Origin: a virus
Lineage: Duplodnaviria > Caudoviricetes
IMG/VR virus record: IMGVR_UViG_3300027566_000003
Reading direction: 5' to 3' (one strand)
Length of the DNA stretch: 64,000 nt
The position numbers were made by a program, and so were the translations under genes. Below, one piece after another: positions 30,631-42,369 of this stretch (position 1 is the first letter of the stretch; each line of letters opens with the position of its first letter). The notes under the pieces are model-generated. The model had not been told where the DNA came from and searched no databases. It saw only the letters and a list, made by a program, of their open reading frames with translations.

Positions 30631-31155
30631 TTATAGTAATTGTAATCTCTTCACATACTTTTTCGCATCTTGTTTAAGCATAGGTGGCAATCCTACCACC
30701 GTAAGACTTCCATAAGGAATTTCGGTTAACCCATTATCCCTTATGTAATAAAACCCTGCGTCAATTAACTTCTCCAAATCCTTTTGTTTACCACGCAAAA
30801 TTATTTTCTTTTGATCTAATTCATACCATTGCCAAAATAATCCCCATCGTTTAAAACTATTTTCTACTGCAATTATTGTTGCAACATGAGCTACTTGGGC
30901 AGCAACCTTCCCTGGGCTTAGGTTTAATTCTGAATTCACGATAAAATATTCTACAATTTCAAATTCCTCTGGTTTAATAAAACTCATATTAAATTCCTCT
31001 TTACAATTAGGACAATTAAAATAACTACCACTAGAATTTTGTTCGATAGGTATGATGTCTACAATATCATATTTTTTAAATTGTTTTTTAGTTTCTCTAT
31101 TCCATTCTTCAGATGTTGATAACGCTCCGCAATTTGGGCATATGTATTTTTTCAT
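30631..31155 (-). CDS. pth2: zinc-ribbon domain fused to Pth2 (copy 2)
   Basis: N-terminal CPNC...CPNC; C-terminal part nearly identical in DNA to 17241-17579. Confidence 0.85.
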   Translation of the reverse strand: MKKYICPNCGALSTSEEWNRETKKQFKKYDIVDIIPIEQNSSGSYFNCPNCKEEFNMSFIKPEEFEIVEYFIVNSELNLSPGKVAAQVAHVATIIAVENSFKRWGLFWQWYELDQKKIILRGKQKDLEKLIDAGFYYIRDNGLTEIPYGSLTVVGLPPMLKQDAKKYVKRLQLL

Positions 31156-31851
31156 TTTTTATTTTCCTTTTTACTCCTTTAAATCTGTTCTTTAAGGTTA
31201 TTCAATAAAAAATTTTAGTTCAGGAAATGTCTCAATTGATAATATTTTACCTGCTAGTCTTACCCATTTATCAACCGCAATAGGATTATTCATATATACT
31301 TTATCTGGTAAATGCTCTGCCAATTCTAGAACTGCTTTTGCTAAGTCAATCTTTTCTTGATCCATTATGTTTAGTTACCTCCTATCTATCTGAACACTTT
31401 CTATTTCAGATAATCTATAAATAATACAAGTCTTATCATTTTCTAAAGCATTAAAATCAGTTTTACTATTTAACAACCAATCTTCAAAGAATTCTTTAGT
31501 TAATTTAGCATCGGGATAATTATGTACTACTCCGCTTTTTAATTGAATTTTTATCGCCATTTAAAATCACTCCTTTTTTTTGATCCATTAAAACTGTTTC
31601 ATTTATTTGCTTCTCTAAAAGCATTTTTAAGCATCTTAAGTTCCATATTTTGAATTGTTTTTGTACTTGGAAATAATATATTATCAACACAATTGTTAAT
31701 AAAAACTAAAACCTCTTTGTCTGTCTTATTTAACCATTCTTGATCCTCCATAATTGTAGCAAAATATTCCCTATAATTTTGAATAAATTCTTTCATTATT
31801 TTCACCTCCATTTGATTAAAATAACTCTTTTGAGAGAGTTGTATTTTTTTA

Positions 31852-32610
31852 TTAGTCTTTCCCTGCAAATTCCTTATAATATTTCTGTCTCATTTCCTCT
31901 GCTAGTACCCCTGCTTTTTCTAAATCGTCAAACTTAAACCTACCAAAACATTTGCTCTTACCTTCAATTTGTAAAACTACAAACCATCTCTCATCTTTCT
32001 TATTCCAAAATACATTTCTATGTCCAGAAGTATTGTTTTTATTTTTACCATTTTGTCTATTTTTAAGATTTAATGAATTACTAGTACATCTCAAATTATC
32101 TTTACAATTCTTTAATGAATCTCCGTTCTTATGATCAACTTTTATATTCTTGTCATTAACTCGCATAATTAATTTAGTTAAGGCTAAATTTCTAGTCATA
32201 TATTTTTTAGTTGCAATGTCACAAATAGTTAAAGTTGTAGTTATATAGTATCTTCCTCTATCTAATCTTGCAAACCATGATAAATCTTTTACTAAATCTA
32301 ATTCTTCAGTATCTATTTCAACATCTATCCTTCCTCCTTTCTTACTATTTACAATCATTATTGTTTTATCACTATTAACTATATATTCATTTCTTGTAGA
32401 TTTAGGTTTATATGTATTGATGTCATTTACTTTCCTATTTAAATATTCTTCATTAACATCAAATTTCTCAGATAAAATCTTTAAACATTTGTCAGGTACT
32501 TTTTCTCTTCTAAACCAATCCCATATAGTACCAGGACTTACTCCAATTTCTTTAGCAAAATTAGTAATATGAATGTCTCTATCTCTAATTAACTCTTCAA
32601 ATCCAATCAA
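31852..32610 (-). CDS. XRE-HTH + HNH + AP2 homing endonuclease
   Basis: FAKEIGVSPGTIWDW; VDHKNGDSLKNCKDNLR; SGHRNVFWNKKDERW. Confidence 0.85.
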   Translation of the reverse strand: MIGFEELIRDRDIHITNFAKEIGVSPGTIWDWFRREKVPDKCLKILSEKFDVNEEYLNRKVNDINTYKPKSTRNEYIVNSDKTIMIVNSKKGGRIDVEIDTEELDLVKDLSWFARLDRGRYYITTTLTICDIATKKYMTRNLALTKLIMRVNDKNIKVDHKNGDSLKNCKDNLRCTSNSLNLKNRQNGKNKNNTSGHRNVFWNKKDERWFVVLQIEGKSKCFGRFKFDDLEKAGVLAEEMRQKYYKEFAGKD

Positions 32611-35600
32611 TTATTATATTCTCCTTTTTCAGTATAAAACATCTCTCGAAGTGTAATAATATCTTTCCTTAATACTTCTTTAGTTTGATGCCTTAACCAT
32701 CCATAAAACTCATTAGCTAGAGGTGTGGCTAAAGAACTAGTATATTTAGTATATCCATTCCTAGAAACGTCCTCTTTAACACTTCTCATATGTTTCCAAA
32801 AACCATAATACTGCAATTTTATTTTAGTCATAAATCCAACATTATCTTCTAAAACAAATCCTTCGATATATTGCCCCTTATATTTATAGTCATCTGCGGT
32901 TACTTCTTCATACCATTGATAGAATTCTCTCCAATTATCTAATATCTTTGCTTTTACTTTCAAAGGTATATTATATTTATTTGAAAACAACTGTATTTCT
33001 TCATATGATTTTTTCTTTGGTTCATTGATATCATTCTCTACAATTTCTAATAATACTAAATGAGGGAAAATATATTTAATCATATGAGGATCATTAGTGG
33101 GATCAATTACTTCAAATACTAAAGTTGATTTTTGTTCTTTGAGATATTCCTTTATCTCTGATTGCTGGTCTAGAGTAAGAGTATCATTAAATATATCTCT
33201 AAAATATCCTGCAAATTCACTATTAGGATTTGATTTTGAGCTAATTAATAATTCATCTCGACTAGAATCATACCCTACTAAACCTAAGAACCCATTGTAT
33301 TTTACCCATGCCGTTACAGGGAATTGGAATACATTTTTAAGATTATCTAGTTTGACATTCTCTCTTTGATTGACGTTAAAGAATTTTTCATAGCTACGAG
33401 CTACCACTTCTCCAGTTTCAATATTAAAAAATAATCCTCTCGCTTTTATAGTTTGTTCATCCCATATATTTTTATAGAATGCATCTTTTGTAAAATTAAA
33501 AGAAGATATGTGACCGAATTTAGATTCTCTGACATATCTATTCGCTCTTAGTTTCTCTATTAATTCCATATTAGAAACTACAATCTCTTCGGATTTAATT
33601 GATTCAATTTTCTCTTCAATAGGCTTAAAGATATTATTTTTAACCTCAATAGTATTAAATCCTTTGTCATCTAATGTGACAATCCTTAAGTACCCTCCAA
33701 ACTCACATTTTCCTTCGAGGCAAAAACATCTTTCATTGATTTGAATTGGAGAATCTGCCACGTTCCTATGACCGTGGATTTGGTAATAATTATTTGGAGT
33801 TGAATTAAGAAATCTACCATTGACCATTTCCATTTCTTTATATTCTCCAACTCCTTTGATCAATTGTTCTGTGGCAAGAAATTCAAATCTTTCTGGTATT
33901 GTACTGATACCACCATGAGTAACAACTACTACTTTATTATTATATGTATAATATGCCAACTGTCTTAATTTTCTATAGAATATTCTTAATTTCTTCTTAT
34001 CTATTTGCAATTTATTCAACTCTCTTTTGGTAACTTGCTCAAATTCTTTACTCTTTGTTGGCATGTCGTTAGAATAGTCCCACAAATGACAATTACCAGT
34101 AATAATAACCCTACCATCAAGTCTAGTAATCAAAGTTCCTTTAGACATTGTGCAACAATAAGTCAAATTATTATATTCTTCTTCCGTAACCGTTACTGGA
34201 TGGTTAACACTTCCATAATAAAATATACTCGCAACATATTGATATTTTCCATTAGAAAAACCACTTCCTTCTTTATAATCATATTTACAAATAATTCCGT
34301 TTTTTACGCACATTTCTTGAACAATATCTATATTTTGACTGTTAATTGTTCTCCACTCAATATTATTGGCTTTTAAATATCCGTCTGATTTTATTAATGT
34401 ATCTAAAAATATAGACACTTGTCTTTGATTAAAGTATTTCCATTCGTTAGGTATTAATCTTTCATTATGTATTTTATTGAATATATCTCTAGCATATTCT
34501 CCATATATTCTTATGTAATAGGGTTGTACTCTATTTAAGTCACTCATTTTTGCTTTTTGAAAAGTATAAGGTATGTCCATTCTATCCAACAATTGCTTAA
34601 CACTTTTTATTTTTCTTTCTTTGCTAAATTTAAATTGGATTCTCTTTTTAATAGAATTTGGATTACCTTTTATATTATCCACAATTGTAGAATCCATTAT
34701 TACCCATGTTAATAATCTAATCCAATCATCTTCTATATTAACTACATTATCATTTGTATACCCCCATAGAGTAAAATCACGTTCTTCTAAATTATGTTTA
34801 TTCAAAAGATCTTTTGCTTTAACTTTTTCTCCTTTATATATTATATCATGATTAGGCGTAACCTTATGTCTGATATTATGACTATTGAAATTGATTATAG
34901 TATTTGATTCTTTTTTAATTGTTTCAATTGGGTTATCAAAACTAATTTCTTTTGATATGAGGTCATATTGTGCCACCACATCTTCTTTTGTAATATTTTC
35001 TATAACTTTCCAGCCATCTTTTGTAAGTATTTCAGTTCCTTTTGCTAAACATTCATGGTTCCCTTGTAAAAATATCACATTTAATTTATCCATAACTGAA
35101 AACAAGTAATTAAGTAATTCTACATTCTCAATTCCTCGATCAACATAATCACCAACAAATACATATAGTTCATCTTCTTTTAATTCTCCACCTAAATATT
35201 CTTGCAAGACGGTATTACATCCATGCAAATCTCCAATATGATGAATCTTTTTATAATTAGAAAAATCTAAAGGTGAATATGTAATTGTGTCCCAAAATTC
35301 TTCTGGTTTAATAGCTTTTACTCCACTAGAAATCTTTTGAGACTCAAATCTAGCATACATATTGTCAATTACAAAATCATGCACTACTTTATAATCAGGT
35401 TTCCTATTTTGATTTCTTTCTTTACAAACTTCAATAGGAACATCTGTCATATCAACACAAATGATTCTGTATCTATATGTTTCTGCCATACTTTTATATC
35501 GATTTAATTCAACTGTTTTAGAATTAGTTGCATCAACAACTACAAATTCTCCACGAATCATTCTTTGTTCTAGAATATCAAATAACAATTCCCAAACTTT

Positions 35601-36728
35601 TTTATCATTCTTTTGACTAATTCCATACCTTCCGTCAGTAGTCATTATGGGAGACTGTAGTAGTAACCTAATATTGTCTGCACTTAAAGCATATTGTTCT
35701 AAATTATTATCTTTAATAAATGTACTCTTGCCACAATTACCAGTAATATTTATATGACCATCTCTTCGTAAAACCAACATACCACTTGGAACAGTAAAAC
35801 AATACTTATGTCCATCTAGTGTTTTATATTCTTTAATTATTTTATCCTTATATTCTTCTCTCCCTTTTGTAGATATTCCTACCAAATTATAAGAACATTT
35901 ACTCACACGATAAGTAATGGGTTTGTCTTCTCTTTCATCAATAGATATACCACTTTTATAACCAGTAGATGAAAAAACATATTGAATAAAATCAGCATCT
36001 TGTTTATTAGTAGTATAATAAGCAATTGAGTTGTCTTGTTTATTAATCGAACCATCCCATTTTATACATTCATCACTAATTATATCTAAACACTTTCTCG
36101 ATAGGTTATACCAATTATGAGGAAAATTTTTTATTCTCAATGGTGATTTGAACATAAAATTAATGTACCCTTCAACATTTGTCTCATTGTATATTTTTTC
36201 TTCAAAATCAATATTGCATTTATTTAATAAAAATCTTATTCTTTCTATTTTTCTTTGTTTTTTAATTCTTATTCTACATCTATTGGTGTCTCTAGGATAA
36301 TTGCCATCTGCACAAATAGCAACTGTCAATCTTAATTCAAATTCGTTAAGTTCTGAATTTTCATTACCATATGTATTAAAAGTAGTTATAAATTTTCCTC
36401 TGAAGCCATGATTGTTTTTTAAATGTTGTTTATAAACATCTGAAAAAACTTTTTTATTTATATTGCCTTTTGAACTTATATATACTAAATTATGATCCAA
36501 AGAAACACATTGACTAACTCCTTGTGTTTGAATTAAATACAAATTGTCTTCTTTATATTTGTGATATTCCAAGGGACTCACCAACTCAGAGCTTCCGTCG
36601 TCATTATATTGTAAAACTTTATCTCCTTCAGTATATTCTGATATTCTTTTCCATTCTACTCCATTAAAATATTCCGTGTCACAGTCTACACAAGCTGGAG
36701 CACCCCTAAATAATGTTAATATCCTCAA
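32607..36728 (-). CDS. polynucleotide kinase-phosphatase-RNA ligase (Pnkp-like RNA repair enzyme) precursor with two inteins
   Basis: GAPA|CGKST P-loop; IGDLHG, GDYVDRG, GNHE metallophosphoesterase; HGHRN; KFFN and KYNGFLG ligase motifs, EGFV, KIK. Confidence 0.9.
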   Translation of the reverse strand: MRILTLFRGAPACVDCDTEYFNGVEWKRISEYTEGDKVLQYNDDGSSELVSPLEYHKYKEDNLYLIQTQGVSQCVSLDHNLVYISSKGNINKKVFSDVYKQHLKNNHGFRGKFITTFNTYGNENSELNEFELRLTVAICADGNYPRDTNRCRIRIKKQRKIERIRFLLNKCNIDFEEKIYNETNVEGYINFMFKSPLRIKNFPHNWYNLSRKCLDIISDECIKWDGSINKQDNSIAYYTTNKQDADFIQYVFSSTGYKSGISIDEREDKPITYRVSKCSYNLVGISTKGREEYKDKIIKEYKTLDGHKYCFTVPSGMLVLRRDGHINITGNCGKSTFIKDNNLEQYALSADNIRLLLQSPIMTTDGRYGISQKNDKKVWELLFDILEQRMIRGEFVVVDATNSKTVELNRYKSMAETYRYRIICVDMTDVPIEVCKERNQNRKPDYKVVHDFVIDNMYARFESQKISSGVKAIKPEEFWDTITYSPLDFSNYKKIHHIGDLHGCNTVLQEYLGGELKEDELYVFVGDYVDRGIENVELLNYLFSVMDKLNVIFLQGNHECLAKGTEILTKDGWKVIENITKEDVVAQYDLISKEISFDNPIETIKKESNTIINFNSHNIRHKVTPNHDIIYKGEKVKAKDLLNKHNLEERDFTLWGYTNDNVVNIEDDWIRLLTWVIMDSTIVDNIKGNPNSIKKRIQFKFSKERKIKSVKQLLDRMDIPYTFQKAKMSDLNRVQPYYIRIYGEYARDIFNKIHNERLIPNEWKYFNQRQVSIFLDTLIKSDGYLKANNIEWRTINSQNIDIVQEMCVKNGIICKYDYKEGSGFSNGKYQYVASIFYYGSVNHPVTVTEEEYNNLTYCCTMSKGTLITRLDGRVIITGNCHLWDYSNDMPTKSKEFEQVTKRELNKLQIDKKKLRIFYRKLRQLAYYTYNNKVVVVTHGGISTIPERFEFLATEQLIKGVGEYKEMEMVNGRFLNSTPNNYYQIHGHRNVADSPIQINERCFCLEGKCEFGGYLRIVTLDDKGFNTIEVKNNIFKPIEEKIESIKSEEIVVSNMELIEKLRANRYVRESKFGHISSFNFTKDAFYKNIWDEQTIKARGLFFNIETGEVVARSYEKFFNVNQRENVKLDNLKNVFQFPVTAWVKYNGFLGLVGYDSSRDELLISSKSNPNSEFAGYFRDIFNDTLTLDQQSEIKEYLKEQKSTLVFEVIDPTNDPHMIKYIFPHLVLLEIVENDINEPKKKSYEEIQLFSNKYNIPLKVKAKILDNWREFYQWYEEVTADDYKYKGQYIEGFVLEDNVGFMTKIKLQYYGFWKHMRSVKEDVSRNGYTKYTSSLATPLANEFYGWLRHQTKEVLRKDIITLREMFYTEKGEYNN
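34092..35051 (-). mobile_element. intein 2 (320 aa) inserted right after GNHE of the phosphatase domain
   Basis: Begins CLAKGTEIL, ends ITGN followed by Cys; LAGLIDADG-like blocks. Confidence 0.88.
35736..36692 (-). mobile_element. intein 1 (319 aa) inserted in the kinase P-loop
   Basis: Begins CVDCDTEYF, ends ITGN followed by CGKST; VAICADG block. Confidence 0.88.
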
Positions 36729-36948
36729 TCTTCTTTCCTCCTTTTAATCCCAACGAAATCCACATTTCAATTGCTTTCTAATAGACTTTCAATGGCATAT
36801 CTAACTCTTTGAAAAGCACTTGCTTCAGCAGAATGAACCATATTCCCTATCATATTATTTTCATCTAAACATTTGAATGCATAACCATAGTACCTATCTT
36901 CTTCTTTAGTTACATAATCTAAGAGTTTTTCTAAATTATTATCCATTA

Positions 36949-39900
36949 TTACCTCTCCTCCACTTCATTTATTTCTTGTTGACTCATATACTTCCTTGCC
37001 GTAGGGCAAACATATGTAATATTAACTTGTTTAATCTCGCCTTTATATATAAACCAAGTAGAAACAATAAGATTAAATATTGTCGAAAATCCAAATAAGA
37101 TCAAAGCAAGTTCTGCCTTTGACACAATACCTTCTTGTGGTATTGCTAAATTAAATAAGCATCCAAGCAACATACTTAAAGAAACGCTCCAAATTACACT
37201 CACTGGATTTTTACTTAAATTGTAATTAAACCTTTTAAACATGATTCACCTCCTTTCATAACCAGACCAAAACAATATTTTATTTACTCTGACTGTTCCA
37301 ATCTAAACAAACTTCTTTTCCATTAACCAAAATACCGCCACAATTACAATATAATTTATATTCTGTTTCCGAATAATAATTTTTATATGATTGTGAACAA
37401 GTAGCACATGTAATATTATTTTTCTGACACCATGATCTTAAATTAATTATATTCATTTTTAAAACTTCCTTTCTACCAATCAAATATTTGATTCAAACCA
37501 TTACAATAGTACCACCATAATCACCATAATATGTACAAACACATCCTACAACCTTATATTTAAACATTACTTCTACTTCTTTGTCATCTGTTGGGACAGC
37601 AAACATTTTCCCAATTGGCCTGATTGTATGTAATTTTCCATCTAATGTTTGAACATAAATATCTCCAATAATATTTTTATCTTCTGGTAATTTACCAATA
37701 CCATTATTAAGTTTGATATTCAATCTATGGAATATTTCCACTTCTTTCTTTTCTTCTTTATAAATATTCCAATCGTTAAGTCTTAATATACGATTACTCA
37801 TATTAAGTAATCCTGGTCTTGGATGAAAATGATCATCCCACATTATGCTTCCGTTAACACATTTTACTTTCCATAATTCATCTCTAACAACACAATGGGC
37901 TTTTAAGTTTGGATTTTTTCTCAATTCATTTACCATTTCTAATGTATTCATTTATATAACCCCTTCCATTATCTCTATCACACTTCCTACAAAACAATGA
38001 AATCATTTCACTCTCAAAATATTCTCCACAATGACTACAATTTCCACCAAACATTATTTTATGTTTATCTCCATCATATATAATATATAATCCATATTTC
38101 TCAGATTCTATTGCAAAATCTAAAATATATTTACCTCCAACTCTACCACAACCTTCACATGGATGAGAAATATGATTTAAACAACCTCTGTGTTTACATG
38201 GTTCTCCTTCTCTCATATGTTTAATCCTCCTTTCTTATTCTACTGACTCATAATTTTTAGAATCTACCCAACTCCAGCCTCCAGAATAAATTAAGAATTC
38301 GGTTATTTCTTCTGTCCATGAATTATCATATTCTCTTTGCTTTTGTTCATAAACCCTAACTCCATACACTTCATATGTTTCTTCCTGTTTATCTTCGTCA
38401 TCTCTGTAATACGTATAACTTTTATATTTTATTTTTGGCATTATTATTTTCACTCCATTCTAATAGGTTAAAACGATTATTTTACCTTACCAATCCTCTT
38501 CCCAGTTCTCCTACAAACCACATTTCCTTTCCAATAAACTAATTCAGATTCAAAATGAAGTCTTTTGCATTTAGGACAAAACAGATCTCTCACTCCTATC
38601 CACAATTAATAAACTCATTAACATAATGATCGACCAAAGTGCCATCCCATTGAATTGTATATACCTTATCTGTGGAATCGAATTCTACATCGCAATCCAT
38701 ACAAAACCACGTTGTGAGTGTCACTTTGTTTGTTTTTTCACTATGGCAAGCCGGACAAATATGTACTTTCTTATCATTTTTTGTGTTCCTCATTTTTGTC
38801 TCTGCTTTTGTTTTGTTAGCCATTTATGTATTCCCTCCGTATTTTTATTTTCTACTTATAGTATATATTGTTAAGGTTTAAAAGTCAAAATAATTTTGAA
38901 AGATCATTATGATAAATGGGTAACGGCATAGTTATTATCGCAAATATGATTGTAGATATCACTTTAACTTTATTAAATTTAATATGAAACCCATAATTGT
39001 TTGAAAATCCATAAAACAGGGCAATCAATACAAAATATAATAATAAGAACATTAATATACCACCTCTTTGTTAAAAAACTGATTAAAATGAGTATTCTAT
39101 TCATTAATTTCTTCATTTGTTTTATCGTCGATTAATTCATAATCACTCCCTTTCATATACTTATTAACTTTTGCAATAAATACACATGAATCATTATCTG
39201 GATGCTCACCTATAATGATATCTTCTTTAATATCATTATACTTTTCTATTGCGTCTAATTCTTTTTCAAATTTATAAATTCTAGGATAATAATCCATATC
39301 ATGTCCAACAATCCACATAATTGTTTATCACTCCTTCCTCGAAATCAAAGTTTTAAAGTGTTTACAAAAATCTAACCACCCATTCCCCATATTTAAAAAT
39401 ATTTTCTATTCTAGGATCTAATATATTCTTATACATATTATTTTCCCTGTCTGTAGGATAAAATTTACCTTCATATAACAATTGAAAACGTAATTTTATA
39501 ATTCTATCTGCACATCCATCTCCTCTATCTTTATAAATTTCTAAATTACCATATCCATCTTCAATTAAATTATCAATCTTTTCTTTTAAATCATTGATAT
39601 TCATTAATTATACCCCCTCCAATACTATCAATTATTAGTTTTATTCGTCTATCGGATTATTTGTTAACTCTTTATTATTATCAAATATTTGTAAAAATTT
39701 GTTGCCATCTGTATTAGTATCCACAACAATCATAGTAAAATCTTCTGCCCTATAAACAAACTTAGGTAGATGTCTATAGGTAAAAATCTCATTACTATAA
39801 TACTTTTCCGTTTGGAAATCATCTTTTGTCTTTGCAAAGTAAACTTCATTTGCGTTTTCATACCAAAAATATTCCCTACTATCATCAAGAGGTATCACTT

Positions 39901-41495
39901 TCCAATCATCGACATACCCAAAATAATCATAAATTTGTTTTTGAATGGTAAAATAATCATCTAAAAGTTTCATGAGAATTCCTCCTTAAAATAGCATAGA
40001 CTCCTCGTTTGTTGGGATTGGGAATAAATTATTCCCAATCCTTATCAATAACATCTACAGCCTCTTGAACCGTGTTAAAATATTCTTCTCCTGAAATTGT
40101 TTTAGTCATATATTTGAGACTATCGCCTTTAGATGGATTAGTTTCTTTTAAAATCCAAATGTCAATACCTCTATGATTATGAACAGAGACGTATTCACCT
40201 TTATCAGTTGTCATAGTTTTCATAATAACACTCCTTTTTTAATATAGTAAGTTCATTATAAACTATTTAAATTAATTTATAAAGTTGTAAATGAAGACAT
40301 ATTGCCAAATGAAACTAGATTTTATTGGAACGCCTTCATTAATTCTTGAATATTTACATGGTATTGATTCACAGTTTCTTCTAATTTTAAACGAATTTTT
40401 TCTTCTATTTCAACAATACTACATTCTTCACAAAAACATGCAAAAGAGATATATTTAGTATTATTGTTAATATCCGAAAATATCTTATTCAACTCTTCTT
40501 TCTTAAGTCTTTTTGTTCTCATTTCAGATTTAATTTCAAAATAATTTTTAGTTTCTTTAATGAAACTCCCATTCTCCTTTAATGAATCTAATTTCACTAT
40601 CCGCAAGTATTCCAATTAATTTATAAATTTTCACATTTTATCTCCATTCAAATTGCTTTTTCATTCCATGCATTTAGATACTAACTCAACAGCTATATTT
40701 AAACATTGAATGTAATATTTTTCGTTTCTTCTTCATTCATATCGGGAATTATTTGTCCTGTTTCTAAACTCAATCTTGGGACAACCTCACTTTTAAGATC
40801 ATTTAAGACAGAAATAACATCTTTCTTTTGAAAGTCTTTATTTTTATCATTCCATGTTAATCGCATTATGACTTTACATTTCCCTTCATTATGGATACAA
40901 GAAACTTCTTTTACTGTATAATTTGTAATATCATTATTCCTAATAAATTCATTTATTACTTTTTCAAAATAAAGTGTGTCAATTGAATTATAACCATCTA
41001 CAGACCAACTCTTTACATCTCCAATAAATTCAAATTCTTTTGTATTCATATTAAATATTTTCTCCTTCCGATAAAACCACACTTTTAATGCCTATTAAGG
41101 CATATCTTTTTTAATTCTACTACATATTCAATCATTGTATTAATTGCAATTTGTTCACCATCGTATTCATTGCAATCACCTGTATAAGTAACTATAACCC
41201 CTATATTATTTAACTGATGATAAAGAATATTCATCTCATCTTCCAATATATTTCCAAGATGCTCCATATCGGTAACAATACTACTTTTATATACATTTAA
41301 ATCATCTAATTGTGCTTTGCTTATTGTATCAATAATATAACCACCTGTAGAATACAAATATGGATTGACTGTATAATAATTGTCTGACTTCCCATGTACT
41401 TTAAATGGATTATCAAAATCAATTTCAATAATATCTTTGCTAACAGTATGCATAATATTCAACTCTGGAATAAAAACTGTCATATAAGTTTTCAT
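36949..41495 (-). other. array of short hypothetical genes (including a 2-TM protein at 36949-37242 and a zinc-ribbon protein at 38596-38823)
   Basis: Packed minus-strand ORFs with RBS. Confidence 0.7.
38860..38888 (-). promoter_or_regulatory. sigmaA-type promoter
   Basis: TTGACT-17 nt-TATACT with an AT-rich upstream element. Confidence 0.7.
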
Positions 41496-41511
41496 AATTT
41501 ATCAATCCTTT

Positions 41512-41979
41512 CTAACTAACCTTTAACCACTCAGGAACATTCCCTTTATACTGTAGTATATCCTTCTTCTCACCCACATAATAAGCCCTATATGCCTTTA
41601 CAACATCTTCATGCCTATACTCTATTGGCATTGCTTGAGCAAACTTCGTTAACCCCTTATCAGGCAAATTAGGAACATCTAAACCTAAAATAACATCTCC
41701 TGATTTATGATCTTTGTTACCATATCTTTTTCTATATTCATCATATAAAGCTAGACCCAAATTTCTTAACCATAACCAATTAGATAAACTTTCTCTTGTC
41801 CATAAGGAGCATGGGTGGTTTTTGTGCGTGAGTTTATAGGGAGATTTGTGAGATTCATTTGTAAAGTAATAAGTACTACATAAAATTTGTGATGTTTCCA
41901 ATAGCATTTTTACAACATGCTTATCACAATGATATTCAGCACATTTTTTAATGTCTAAGTCTAGGACAAATATGTTCAT
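41512..41979 (-). CDS. pyrimidine-dimer DNA glycosylase/endonuclease V-like protein
   Basis: MNIFVLD...HCDKHVVKMLLETSQIL...HKNHPCSLW...YRAYY. Confidence 0.75.
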   Translation of the reverse strand: MNIFVLDLDIKKCAEYHCDKHVVKMLLETSQILCSTYYFTNESHKSPYKLTHKNHPCSLWTRESLSNWLWLRNLGLALYDEYRKRYGNKDHKSGDVILGLDVPNLPDKGLTKFAQAMPIEYRHEDVVKAYRAYYVGEKKDILQYKGNVPEWLKVS

Positions 41980-42369
41980 TATGTACTTCCTCCTTTTGAA
42001 TATAAAGCTTAATATAATTATTTTAACATGATATAGATGTTCTTTCAATAATTATATTAAGCTTTATTTACTATTCTAGATTTAAGTCAACATAAATGTC
42101 ACTTAATACAATTGGTCTTTTCGCTTGAAGCAATAAACTTTTAAATATTTCTTAATCAATAATGTCGCCAGATATATACGATTTTCCATATTCATCAGCA
42201 TATCTGCATTTGTGGACATAATATTGTTCTAATGTTTCAATTTTGGTAACTACTAAATCAGCAATATCTCTAACTCTTTTAGTTTTAAAGAAATTTATAA
42301 ACGGAGTTAGTTTATTATATATTGTTAATCGATCCTCTTTTCATTTTAAAATCCATCCAAAGAATAAAT

